DNA of 64,000 bases. It comes from a virus. Taxonomy: Duplodnaviria; Caudoviricetes. The stretch is from positions 6,775 to 70,774 of IMG/VR virus record IMGVR_UViG_3300005298_000010, one strand, 5' to 3'. Both the position numbers and the translations under genes were made by a program. The notes below the pieces were generated by a model. The model did not search any database. It was given only the letters and a program-made list of their open reading frames with translations, and was not told the DNA's origin. Shown piece after piece: positions 46,818 to 56,418 of the stretch; position 1 is the stretch's first letter, and every line of letters starts with the position of its first letter.

Positions 46818-48249
46818 GAAGTATTTGTCGCTTGTTCCAGAACTGGAAATCATCACAAAAGGAGCTCTTCAAGATGAATCCATATTTCAGTTGGTGGTCA
46901 GGCAGCTTAATGGCGATTTCCTCCGCTGCGATGAATGCATGCATCTTTACTACATATGGGCACCTTTGATCGAGACCTACAATAAATGTGGGAAGCGGTT
47001 GAGTTGTGACTTTTTACTAGCGAAGTTAGCTGCTTTTCTTCAAAAAAGCCCTGGTTCTAAAGCTCATCATCGGGCTTACAATCTGATTAAAGAAGCGAAA
47101 GAAGGTCCGAAGGTTGAACCAGGTCCTGCGGAAGTTATTTTAGAGCGGCTTGCTTTACTTGCTGAACTTTATTATCGTCGTCTTCTTAATTTTGAGCTTT
47201 CATCGGTCAATGGTAAGGTAGGTGCTTTAGCTGAAATTATCAATCGAATCGAGCCGCATTATAGGAGGTCTATAAGTCGTCCAGCTCAGGATATAGGCGA
47301 GATTGATCTTTTTGCATTTCAGGACCAAAGCGTCGTCATAAGGCATCCCTATTATGTGGAGTTTGTCGATTATCTTTTGGATCGTGGAAGTGTTCATCCA
47401 GAAGTATGTTTGCTAATCGGACCTACCGGCTCAGGAAAATCATTCTTATCTTTACAACTTTGCACCCAATGGGCTTTGGCCAATAAGGATCCCAATAAGA
47501 TATGTGCTTATTTTAGCTACGAGCTGGACCTGCCTAAACTAATCCCTCGAATAGGGGCTCAGCTTTGTCGGATTTCTATAGAGGAGTTTGAACAGATTCG
47601 ACGCATTCCTGCGGAACAGCTTGACGATGAGACCCGTCGCAAACTAGAGCTTGCTACGGAGGCTAAACAATATATTCGCTGTTATGATTTCTCTGGTTAT
47701 TTTCATGCAAAACAAGCTGGGGTAGATGATCCGATTTATGTTTATGGTTGCGGTGGAATCCCGGAAGTTGTAACCATGCTTGAGCAGGAAGTTGAAAAAG
47801 GCAAGAAAATTGAGTTTGTCATAATTGACTGGGTCGGGGCGGCGATTTTAGCTCAAAATCAGTCCATTAAGGACAACAGCGTCTTTATTCGATTGCATCA
47901 AGATTTTGCTGTTCAAGCCTTACGACATATTGCAGCACCTTTCGATTGTGCTGTTTGGTTAGTCCATCAGGTTGCAGGTGCTCGGGAATCAAAAGGTTCT
48001 CGTGTGCCTATTCATCATTCGGAAGCCTCTTGGTCTAAAAATATGGCTCAGGTGGTCAGTAATGCTATAACTTTAAGCAAAGCCAATAATCAGGGAATTC
48101 AGGTGCTTATTGCCAGCAAAACACGGAACGCTAGCCGTCGGAATCCTGTCTGTATTCAATTTAATCCCGTCACAACTCTATTTGAACGAGCGGATAAATC
48201 CTTCGGAATTGATTATGACAGCAATATCTTGGTTGAAATCCCGGGGTAG
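46783..48249 (+). CDS. dnaB: DnaB-like (SF4) replicative helicase
   Basis: GPTGSGKS, YFSYEL, VIIDWV, LVHQV, KTRN; adjacent to primase. Confidence 0.87.
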   Translation: MSESLEQRLYSEKYLSLVPELEIITKGALQDESIFQLVVRQLNGDFLRCDECMHLYYIWAPLIETYNKCGKRLSCDFLLAKLAAFLQKSPGSKAHHRAYNLIKEAKEGPKVEPGPAEVILERLALLAELYYRRLLNFELSSVNGKVGALAEIINRIEPHYRRSISRPAQDIGEIDLFAFQDQSVVIRHPYYVEFVDYLLDRGSVHPEVCLLIGPTGSGKSFLSLQLCTQWALANKDPNKICAYFSYELDLPKLIPRIGAQLCRISIEEFEQIRRIPAEQLDDETRRKLELATEAKQYIRCYDFSGYFHAKQAGVDDPIYVYGCGGIPEVVTMLEQEVEKGKKIEFVIIDWVGAAILAQNQSIKDNSVFIRLHQDFAVQALRHIAAPFDCAVWLVHQVAGARESKGSRVPIHHSEASWSKNMAQVVSNAITLSKANNQGIQVLIASKTRNASRRNPVCIQFNPVTTLFERADKSFGIDYDSNILVEIPG

Positions 48250-48254
48250 CTGTC

Positions 48255-49295
48255 ATGCTTAATGATCGCCTGTATCAAAGGCTTCTCGCTGTCTTCCACG
48301 ACGTTAAGGTCAGCAATATGGGGGAGCGTTTGGTTTGGGAGTTAGTTCCTGGTCCTTTTGGCTCTCGTACTAGGATTGAGATCAAGCATTGGGGCGAGAC
48401 CTATAGTGTAAACTGTCCGTTTTGTCACGAGTTTGTTGGGAGGCCGGATCGTCACCATCGACTTTATATCAGCCATGCCTGGTACGGTGAGATTCGCGGC
48501 AGGCGACTCTGGTGGCTTGTTAAATGTCACAACGAAGATTGTTTTAGACGTAATCCGGATAATATTGGTCGTCTTCGGACCATGCTTTTCTATTCTCGAC
48601 CGGAAGTGGCTCCGATTCCGGAACCGACAGACTCTACCCCTGAACCTCTTAAGCCCGTCCGGCTTCCTCGTCATATTCCGACAGCGGCTCTCCCTGATGA
48701 CCATCCGGCTGTCAGGTATCTTTTAAATAGGGGTATTGACAAAGAGCTTCAGGTTCGCTATAATATAGGTTATTGCTACGAGCAGGATCCGGACTATCCG
48801 ACCGCTCACAACAGGATATTGTTTCCAATTTACATGAATCATGTCTTGGTTTCTTGGCAAGCTCGCAGTCTCGGGAACGCCTTACAGAAGTACTATAACT
48901 GTCCTGGAACGAAAGTTTCTAATATCCTCTATGGCTGGGATTTAATCTCCGACGATAGCTATTGCATCTTAGTCGAAGGAATCTTTGACGCGATCCGTGT
49001 AGGTCCTCCAGCCTTAGCTTTGTTCGGCAAATCCATCTCTGACGCTCAAGCGAGACTTTTAAGACGATTTAAGGTTGTATTTTATCTCCCTGACAGTGAT
49101 GTAACCAAAGAAGAAAAACAACACTATTTATCGATTCTGAGAAGATACAATATCCGCTGTTGTCCTATAAACTGTCGATCTGTCAAAGATCCTGGCGAAA
49201 TGACTAAGGAACAGATTAGGATTTTGCACGAGGTCGCAAAGGAGCGTGCTAATGGTTCCTATCAAGAAGTTGCACTTGAACTCTGTGGATCCTGA
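48255..49295 (+). CDS. dnaG: DNA primase (Zn finger + TOPRIM)
   Basis: CPFCHE...H...CHNEDC, YLLNRGI, RILFPI, KYYN, LVEGIFDAI, KDPGE. Confidence 0.9.
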   Translation: MLNDRLYQRLLAVFHDVKVSNMGERLVWELVPGPFGSRTRIEIKHWGETYSVNCPFCHEFVGRPDRHHRLYISHAWYGEIRGRRLWWLVKCHNEDCFRRNPDNIGRLRTMLFYSRPEVAPIPEPTDSTPEPLKPVRLPRHIPTAALPDDHPAVRYLLNRGIDKELQVRYNIGYCYEQDPDYPTAHNRILFPIYMNHVLVSWQARSLGNALQKYYNCPGTKVSNILYGWDLISDDSYCILVEGIFDAIRVGPPALALFGKSISDAQARLLRRFKVVFYLPDSDVTKEEKQHYLSILRRYNIRCCPINCRSVKDPGEMTKEQIRILHEVAKERANGSYQEVALELCGS

Positions 49296-52161
49296 AATCC
49301 TTTCTCTTGTTGCAAATCCAATCGAAACCGATGATCCTCAGAAAAGTGCTTGGAATATTGTAGATCGTTTTTTAAAAGCAAAAAAAGGTACACTTGTTTA
49401 TTACCGCGGCATATCTTATTCTTATATCGGCGGACATCCTTATCGCGATACTGTAGATTTTCTTAACAACAACGAGAATCCTCGGCTTAAGGAGCTAAAA
49501 GTCGCCAATTACATTTATGGTCCCGACAAAACTTACTCGATTCTTATCCTTGGCGAAAGTCCTTCTGCTCAAGAAGAGGACAAAGGTTTAAATTTTGTCG
49601 GGGATTTTGGGGAGGCCTTATATCAGGCTTTGGCTGATTGTGGTTTCGATCGTTTCGATGATTGTTACGCTGCCAATTTAATCCGCGTCTATCCTAGGCC
49701 TGCCCATAAGGCTCCGATGCGAAATCTTTGGCTTCCTTTTCTTCTCAAGGAGCTTCTTGTTCTTCGACCTTCTGTAATCATCTGCTTGGGCACCTCTGCC
49801 CTACGTGTTTTTACCACGAAAGCTCTAAATGCTGTCATAGAGCAACCATTGCGTTTGACGTTGGATATCAAAGTTGGTGATGACGAGGCAGATTCTTTCG
49901 ATACTGTTGTTTATGCTGCTCCTCTTAGTGCCTTGAGGGAGCGATCGGAGTTTTTCCGCTTTAGAAACGCAGTTGCTAGTATTGTTAATGCCATTAACCA
50001 CAAGGATACCATTGTCCCTTCGGGATCCGTATCAGGTGTCCTTCGGGAGGTACCTGTTCCGCCTATTAAAGAGATTTACGATGCCCAGGAGCTTAAGAAT
50101 CTTGTTGACGCGATTGTACAAGCTGCCGAAGAGAAACTTCAGCTTGTAACTTGTGACCTGGAATGGAGCGGTCGATTTCCGTGTTATAAGGGTGCCTTCC
50201 TGCGGGTTATTGGGTTGTATTGGGATGGAGATGGAATTGCCCATGCCATTGTCATGTCTGATCCGGAGGGCAATCCAGTTCAAGATCCGATCCTAGTCGC
50301 CCACCAGCTTGACCGTCTTTTCGCTCATCCTAATGTACAGATCATTGGTCACTATTTCATTTCCGATGCCGCTTGGTTAATGGCTATTGGATGCTCTAAG
50401 GTTATAGAGAAGTTTTTGATTCCTCCCGACACTTGTACGCCAGAATATGGCGGTATCTTCGACACCCTTTCTGCTCATCACGCTTACGATGAGACTGGCG
50501 AATTTAACCTTAAGGAGGCTGCCAAATTACTTTTAGGTTATGAACCCTGGAATAAAGAGGTTCTAAATTTTGTTCGAAATGATTCGGGGTTTGGGGCCGT
50601 TCCCAATCATATTCTTCTTCCTTATCTGGCTAGGGATCTTTATGTAACCCGTGAGTTTCGAGACTATCACATAAGGTTCTTAAACCAGGACCAAAATGGT
50701 AGGAATTGTTGGCGGGCTTACGTCCTGAATGTCCGCTCGTTGGCAGCCTATTTGGAGATGATGTATCATGGTGTTGCAGTGGACGTTCGTTATGTAAAAC
50801 GCTTGCAGGAATCATATCAGCTGGTGCTAAAGGATCTTGAGGAGGAGCTTCGTTCTATTTCAGGTTGGTCTGACTTTAATCCGAAATCGTATGATCATAA
50901 GGTAGTTTTGTTATTCGGACCAGAATTTCTTGTTGGCGGTAAAGGTCGAAAGCTTCCTATCCGCTCGGCTCGTCTAAAACCTTTTAAAACGACTTCAGGT
51001 GATGATTGGGATCCTTCCTTTTGCGGTCGTGAAAAGCCCTCGACGGATTTTGAAAGTCTGGAATTCCTCGCCAGTCAAAGTGAGGCTGCTAGGCTTTTAA
51101 GGGACTATTCTGCCATTAGTCAATTACTTAAGACCTTTCTAGGCCCTAACGGTCTTATCAAATTTGTCTGTAACGAAGAGGTTCCACGTATCCATCCTAT
51201 GTACTTCCCTTATCTTGAAACCCGGAGGGCGAGTTCCTCTAAACCAAACATGCAGAATCTACCTGGTCCAGAGAAGGAAGCAAAGTACCAACAGATTGCT
51301 AAATCTCGTTATATCGGAGCCATTAGGCGTGCTTTTATTCCTGATGATGGTCACATATTTGTTAGTGCAGACTATGTTGCCGCTGAGTTGTTGATGCTTG
51401 GTGTTGTATCTCAGGACGAGCAGCTTCTTGAGGATTATCAGTGTATTAATTTGCCGGACGGTGATCCTAAGAAATTGGACATCCATTCGAATGTGGCTGT
51501 TTTGGCCTTTCGTTTAGATTGTCCTCCAACCAAAGAGGCCTTGAAGTCATTGGGGCTTGAACACCTTCGTTTGGCTGCAAAAAGAATTATTTTCGGCCTA
51601 AATTACGGGCGTTCTGCTGAATCGATTCACCGTCAACTTCGTAGCTCTGGAGTAGATATAACGCTGGAAGAAGTCAATCAAATTATCACAACCATTTACA
51701 CGCGTTATCCAAAGGTAAAAGAATTTCAGGATAAGGTAAGGGAGAGAATCCGTGAAGGAGCCGAGAATCCGACTTCCAACATCCGCTGGTTGGCTAATTG
51801 TTTTGGCAGCTGTCGACGATTCTGTGGAGGGCGGTCAGCCAGTATTGTGTCTGAACAGGAGCGGGAAGCCTTAAATTTCACTTGTCAATCAGGGGTCGCC
51901 GATGCCATCGCTATTGCTATGGCCAACTTTATGTCCCATCCGCTAAAGGAGGTGATTGGCTATAAGTTGGTCATGCAGCTACATGACGCCCTGATCTTTA
52001 TGGTGCCCATGGACAAATATGACGCTTTCCGTCCTGTCATCAGGGAGTGTATGGTTGACAAGGTTGTCTTACATCCACTTAAAGATTTAGAAGGAACGGT
52101 CATCGAGGACAAAAGTTATCACTTTGAGGTGTCAATTAAAGCTTTAGACGTATTTTCGTAA
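49246..52161 (+). CDS. polA: Family A DNA polymerase with N-terminal uracil-DNA-glycosylase-like domain
   Basis: GESPSAQEEDKGLNFVG (UDG family 4-like); exo CDLE, YLARD; PNMQNLP; motif A SADYVAAEL, B AKRIIFGLNYG, C QLHDAL. Confidence 0.92.
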   Translation: MLMVPIKKLHLNSVDPEILSLVANPIETDDPQKSAWNIVDRFLKAKKGTLVYYRGISYSYIGGHPYRDTVDFLNNNENPRLKELKVANYIYGPDKTYSILILGESPSAQEEDKGLNFVGDFGEALYQALADCGFDRFDDCYAANLIRVYPRPAHKAPMRNLWLPFLLKELLVLRPSVIICLGTSALRVFTTKALNAVIEQPLRLTLDIKVGDDEADSFDTVVYAAPLSALRERSEFFRFRNAVASIVNAINHKDTIVPSGSVSGVLREVPVPPIKEIYDAQELKNLVDAIVQAAEEKLQLVTCDLEWSGRFPCYKGAFLRVIGLYWDGDGIAHAIVMSDPEGNPVQDPILVAHQLDRLFAHPNVQIIGHYFISDAAWLMAIGCSKVIEKFLIPPDTCTPEYGGIFDTLSAHHAYDETGEFNLKEAAKLLLGYEPWNKEVLNFVRNDSGFGAVPNHILLPYLARDLYVTREFRDYHIRFLNQDQNGRNCWRAYVLNVRSLAAYLEMMYHGVAVDVRYVKRLQESYQLVLKDLEEELRSISGWSDFNPKSYDHKVVLLFGPEFLVGGKGRKLPIRSARLKPFKTTSGDDWDPSFCGREKPSTDFESLEFLASQSEAARLLRDYSAISQLLKTFLGPNGLIKFVCNEEVPRIHPMYFPYLETRRASSSKPNMQNLPGPEKEAKYQQIAKSRYIGAIRRAFIPDDGHIFVSADYVAAELLMLGVVSQDEQLLEDYQCINLPDGDPKKLDIHSNVAVLAFRLDCPPTKEALKSLGLEHLRLAAKRIIFGLNYGRSAESIHRQLRSSGVDITLEEVNQIITTIYTRYPKVKEFQDKVRERIREGAENPTSNIRWLANCFGSCRRFCGGRSASIVSEQEREALNFTCQSGVADAIAIAMANFMSHPLKEVIGYKLVMQLHDALIFMVPMDKYDAFRPVIRECMVDKVVLHPLKDLEGTVIEDKSYHFEVSIKALDVFS

Positions 52162-52173
52162 TGGAGGTGAGCT

Positions 52174-53184
52174 ATGCCTTTCAAGAAGCAAAGTCTCTCT
52201 CTTAATGGTGAAACCCGTCGTGCCTTTCGTAATTTGAAAGACGCATTTTCCCGGGCTTTGGATTTTAATCATAACACCGTCGTCATCCCGCTTCCTGTGT
52301 GGGATCGCGAGCTTAATAGCTTAACACCTACAACAATACGGGGAGCTTTAGGGGATTGGATGAGGAAATTTCCTCGTGTAAGGGTAACAGGTCCGGAAGG
52401 GGATGCGATTTGGATTCCTTATGATCCAGATGAGGTTAATCCCGAGAATCCGGTGGCGATTATTCGTCAATTCTTGTGGAGGAAGAATGATCCCATTATT
52501 CAGAAGCACGCCCATTTGTTTGATGTAGCTTCTCGCGGAATTTTTCGCTATGACGAAACGCGGTACTTTTTCTTTGGCATCCTGATTATGAGTGGAGGTA
52601 AGGTTTTGGATAACTTTTTAGGCGTTGATAAGCCTTTGCTGTTTGATGTACCAAAAACAGCAGGCGAGGCGATTATGGTCGAGGCCAGGAAATCCCGTGG
52701 CTTCCTAGCCCATGAGAATTTGACTTTCTTAGAGTTTGTTCCCAGGCGGTCTGATGCCCAATCGTTATCGAAGTTTGAGGTTGGCTTGAGACCTTTTGAG
52801 GCCTTTTGTAACCTTTACAACATTGATCAAAATCGTATTCGCGAAGCCGTCCAAAGGCGTTTGAATGAGATTTCCAGCGGCAAATTGACTTGGGATCATT
52901 TTGTCGATGTTTATCCGGATGAACGCCAATTTGAGGAAATTGTCTCAGCTTTTATTATTTACCCATCGCTTTTAGTTCATTTGTTTGAGAAGTCGGTTTG
53001 GAGGTCAAAATTGCCTGCTAGTGTTCTTGACATCGGGGAAAAGGAGCGGGACGATATTCTCAGCGAGCATAAAAGGGATGCCGATGATGCGGACGAGGAT
53101 GATTTCGAGGATGATGCTATTGATCTAGATAGCTTTTGGGAACAAAAACCTGTCAATGAGTCCTCAGGGCGAGTTAACCATTGA
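52174..53184 (+). CDS. Probable single-stranded DNA-binding protein
   Basis: Sits between PolA and RecA; strongly acidic C-terminal tail DADDADEDDFEDDAIDLD. No direct family motif. Confidence 0.45.
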   Translation: MPFKKQSLSLNGETRRAFRNLKDAFSRALDFNHNTVVIPLPVWDRELNSLTPTTIRGALGDWMRKFPRVRVTGPEGDAIWIPYDPDEVNPENPVAIIRQFLWRKNDPIIQKHAHLFDVASRGIFRYDETRYFFFGILIMSGGKVLDNFLGVDKPLLFDVPKTAGEAIMVEARKSRGFLAHENLTFLEFVPRRSDAQSLSKFEVGLRPFEAFCNLYNIDQNRIREAVQRRLNEISSGKLTWDHFVDVYPDERQFEEIVSAFIIYPSLLVHLFEKSVWRSKLPASVLDIGEKERDDILSEHKRDADDADEDDFEDDAIDLDSFWEQKPVNESSGRVNH

Positions 53185-54299
53185 CCTTTGTCCTTAGGGC
53201 GTTAGTTATGTCTAGCGATATTGGTGCTTCTGTTGCAAGGAAAGTCAAAATTCCTTTTTTGATGAGGATTTTGCTGAATTTGGAAGCCTTACCTTTGGGT
53301 AGAGTTATTCAGATTATGGGTCCGCAGGCTTCCCTAAAAAGTACATTCGCTGCCGAGATCGTCAGGTGGCATCTTTGTGAGGGTGGGAGGGCGGCTTTTT
53401 TTGAAACAGAAGGTAAGCCTGCGGCGTTTGTTTATATGTGTTTGATCGAGACTTTTGGTAAGGAGGTTGTTAGGATTTGTCGAGTTAAGAGGATGGAAAA
53501 ATGGATGCAGGAGATTTCTAAACAGATTCGAAAAGGAGAGGAGCTTTTGGAACAAGGGGTGAATCTGCCGCCTATGGTTTTTGTGGTCGATAGTGTGCTG
53601 GGCTGTAACAGCATGCAGACCATCTCGGATGTAGATGAGCGAGGATACCCCAGTGAAAGATTCGCCTCAGAATCGAGACGCATTACGGATTTTCTACGTT
53701 CATATTCCAGCCGGATTGCGGATCTTCCATTAACCCTAATTATGGTTAACCATGTCAAGCTCCGCCCGACTGGATTTACGATTCAAAAGGCGACTGTTGG
53801 TGGGGTAGATCTTCGTTATCGTGCGACCTTTGAACTGGAATTGAAGAGGGAAAAGTCGACCAGCTATCTAGGTGGTCCGTGTGAAAATTTACTGACCATT
53901 AGCGTAGAAAAGAATTCTTTCGGACCGGATGTTACGTCTATTTCCGTACCGGTCATTTTCGACAATAGGGATCGTAAGATTTATTTCGATTGGTACTCGC
54001 CGCTTACGCGTTGGCTATGTGATCTTCGAACCGATTATGTTAAGCCAAAGCCCGCACCTTCTGTGTTAGAACAAATCCGAGGGCTTTTTGGGATATCGGT
54101 TCGCTCTGGCGGTCCGAAAGGTAAGCTTTATTACTGCGAATCTATCGGGATTGAGAAGGAGAATGCCTTACCGGCCCATGAATTTGGTAAGTTTTTGGAG
54201 GAGAATTGTCAGGATAAATTGGCCGTTCTTTCGGAGATTATTGGGATTCGGACTGTGGATGATATCGTTAGTGAAGAGTCTATTGATTTCGAGCATTAA
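53181..54299 (+). CDS. recA: RecA/UvsX-like recombinase
   Basis: GRVIQIMGPQASLKST, AAFFETEG, FVVDSV, IMVNHV, GGVDLRYRAT, VEKNSFGP follow the RecA motif order. Confidence 0.88.
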   Translation: MTFVLRALVMSSDIGASVARKVKIPFLMRILLNLEALPLGRVIQIMGPQASLKSTFAAEIVRWHLCEGGRAAFFETEGKPAAFVYMCLIETFGKEVVRICRVKRMEKWMQEISKQIRKGEELLEQGVNLPPMVFVVDSVLGCNSMQTISDVDERGYPSERFASESRRITDFLRSYSSRIADLPLTLIMVNHVKLRPTGFTIQKATVGGVDLRYRATFELELKREKSTSYLGGPCENLLTISVEKNSFGPDVTSISVPVIFDNRDRKIYFDWYSPLTRWLCDLRTDYVKPKPAPSVLEQIRGLFGISVRSGGPKGKLYYCESIGIEKENALPAHEFGKFLEENCQDKLAVLSEIIGIRTVDDIVSEESIDFEH

Positions 54300-54319
54300 T
54301 ATTTGATGAAAGAACAGGT

Positions 54320-54664
54320 TTGGCTATTTTTTTAGATATGGCTTCGGAACAAGAGAAAAAGAAGTATTGGCTTCCATATGCGGAAGTCAATTCGGTTCAG
54401 TTGGAAGATGAAGCTGTCATCTGGGACTGGCTTCAAGGTAAGACAGAGCAGCTTGAAAGCATAGTCTTTAAGGATGGCAGCTTCATTCCCACCATCTTTG
54501 AGGTAAAAGGAAATCGGTATATTCTCTTACCTGTGCCGCATTTATGGCTTACAGTTCTGTCGCCGCTTTCGGCGGTATATCTAAAGGTCCGCTCGTGGTA
54601 CTTTGTGTTGGTCTCATTGGAGGTTTTTGCTTGTGAAGAGGATAAGTCATCGTCTGACAGTTAA
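54320..54664 (+). CDS. Hypothetical protein
   Basis: 114 aa; ATG at 54338 is a possible start. Confidence 0.6.
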   Translation: MAIFLDMASEQEKKKYWLPYAEVNSVQLEDEAVIWDWLQGKTEQLESIVFKDGSFIPTIFEVKGNRYILLPVPHLWLTVLSPLSAVYLKVRSWYFVLVSLEVFACEEDKSSSDS

Positions 54665-55250
54665 TGAGCGGACTGTTGAAGTCACGGACATCGAGACTCT
54701 CTGGCGGATCGGCAAAGAGATCTTAAAGGGAAGCAGGGTCTATGGGGCCCATCGGAGCTATTTGGCTTTTTGTAGGAATCTGGCCCTGCGAGTCTCGAAG
54801 TCGGAGCTAAAGTGGCTGAGGAATGTTCCTCGTCCGTTTTTGGGATTTGTAACTCGGCTTCCCGAGCGGACAAGGAAACACATATATAACCTGCTTGATC
54901 GCCCGTGGACTGTTGAAAATTTTCTCATGTCGAGAATCCCTACACTAAGCCACCTCAGTTTTCATGATAATATCAGGTCTATGGTGGTCTTGCTTGAGGC
55001 CCTTGTCGATTGTCTCCAGCAAGGGCTGCCATATGACTATGTTTCGCCTAGCTTGTATCAGGATTTGATGAGGCTGAAGGAATTGTGTAATGAGCTATGT
55101 GCGAAGATCGGAAACATCGATGCAAATACGTTGGGCACAGATAAGGTCGTGGCTAAATGGTATAACAGGTATCGTAAAAAAGTACCAGGGGAAGGTTCTC
55201 GACAAGAAGGACGTCGAAAGGCTATATCGGGCGATCAACAAAAGGCTTAG
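54603..55250 (+). CDS. Hypothetical protein; probably the 5' half of a frameshifted gene
   Basis: Overlaps 55090..55659 by 161 bp across an A6 run. Confidence 0.55.
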   Translation: MCWSHWRFLLVKRISHRLTVNERTVEVTDIETLWRIGKEILKGSRVYGAHRSYLAFCRNLALRVSKSELKWLRNVPRPFLGFVTRLPERTRKHIYNLLDRPWTVENFLMSRIPTLSHLSFHDNIRSMVVLLEALVDCLQQGLPYDYVSPSLYQDLMRLKELCNELCAKIGNIDANTLGTDKVVAKWYNRYRKKVPGEGSRQEGRRKAISGDQQKA

Positions 55251-55659
55251 CAACCTTGGGGCTCATGCTCCTGAGGGCCTTTTGTTTGAGTCGCTATTTG
55301 TTGACTCGTTGGTGGTGGAATCGGTCTCTTGTAGTATCGTCTCTTCCGTGCTGAAATGGCCTCATGACGAACCTATTCTCGAGGTCAGAGATTTCCAAGC
55401 CGTAAAGACGTTGAAGGATAAACCAGCCTATCTTATGAATGCCAAAGTCTTGCTTGGCTCTCCTGCTGGTTTAGTTCAGCCCTATCTGGTTCTTCTTCCG
55501 ACTTTGATCGTAATGTGCAAGAAAGCCTACGGTAAAAGGAAGTACCTCCACGAAGGGATTCGTTTGGAGCGGCTTTCTGGCACAGTGTTTTGGGTACAAC
55601 TGGTTTTAGGAAAAGTACCTCTGGTTAAGGGAGTAATTAAATGTCTGAAACAATCGTAG
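55090..55659 (+). CDS. Hypothetical protein; probably the 3' half of a frameshifted gene
   Basis: See the finding at 55176. Confidence 0.55.
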   Translation: MSYVRRSETSMQIRWAQIRSWLNGITGIVKKYQGKVLDKKDVERLYRAINKRLSNLGAHAPEGLLFESLFVDSLVVESVSCSIVSSVLKWPHDEPILEVRDFQAVKTLKDKPAYLMNAKVLLGSPAGLVQPYLVLLPTLIVMCKKAYGKRKYLHEGIRLERLSGTVFWVQLVLGKVPLVKGVIKCLKQS

Positions 55660-56240
55660 GATTTCAGTGTCTGAAAAGGATGCACTACGTTCCCGAATAT
55701 TCTCCGGGGACAGACCTGAAATACTGCGGAAAAAAGCTCTTGGAGTACACCATCGATATTTGCCTAGAGCAGGCATGGTTGGAATCTTGGTGGGTGTATC
55801 GACTTCTTACTTGGTGGAAACCGAGTTGGTTTCGGGATCTGCTAAGACAATTTGAAGTCGATATCCCCAGGTTTCGCAAAGGTCTTTTATCTTTGAGGAA
55901 GGAAATAGAGGACCCTGCGGCTGTCGAAGTCCCGCTTGCGGATCGGGACGTTGCTGTATTTTCAATCTTTATCGCGGTGTTTCTTAAGGTGTATATGATT
56001 GCTTGTAATGTTGCTGGGCTTCAGCCGACTGCAGAAGGCACTTTGCCCATTAAAAGTTGGCATGATCCTCAGCAATTTTTGTTTGAGGTCCAGAAACGTG
56101 TCGAGAAACTTCTGGGAATAGACAGAAGATGGAGGAGGTTGTATGTTGGAGTACAGAAAAAATGGAATGCTGTTTTACAATCCCTTCAGAGAATTGCGGG
56201 TTTTATTCTTCCTAATGTTAAAGGCCATGGAGGACAGTGA
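55641..56240 (+). CDS. Hypothetical protein
   Basis: 199 aa with AAGGGAG RBS. Confidence 0.65.
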   Translation: MSETIVGFQCLKRMHYVPEYSPGTDLKYCGKKLLEYTIDICLEQAWLESWWVYRLLTWWKPSWFRDLLRQFEVDIPRFRKGLLSLRKEIEDPAAVEVPLADRDVAVFSIFIAVFLKVYMIACNVAGLQPTAEGTLPIKSWHDPQQFLFEVQKRVEKLLGIDRRWRRLYVGVQKKWNAVLQSLQRIAGFILPNVKGHGGQ

Positions 56241-56418
56241 TTTCGAGGGGATCGAGGAGAGTCCTTTTAAATGCGACCCGCAATCGAGAAGGGAGGCGGT
56301 TCTGAATCTACTCAAAGAGGCTTACTGTCCCTCGGGGACGGTGGAATATGATCCATGGAAGGCAATCCTAGGAACAAGGATTTTTGCGGAGATTGTTTCT
56401 TATGGAGTGGACAACTAA
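56227..56418 (+). CDS. Small hypothetical protein
   Basis: MEDSDFEGIEES..., in-frame ATG of track ORF 56143..56418 overlapping the end of the upstream gene. Confidence 0.55.
   Translation: MEDSDFEGIEESPFKCDPQSRREAVLNLLKEAYCPSGTVEYDPWKAILGTRIFAEIVSYGVDN

Noticed and set aside
21736-52161. Inteins or introns in terminase, helicases or PolA
   Set aside because: Lengths fit the domain content; I saw no intein C/S...HN junctions or LAGLIDADG/HNH inserts.
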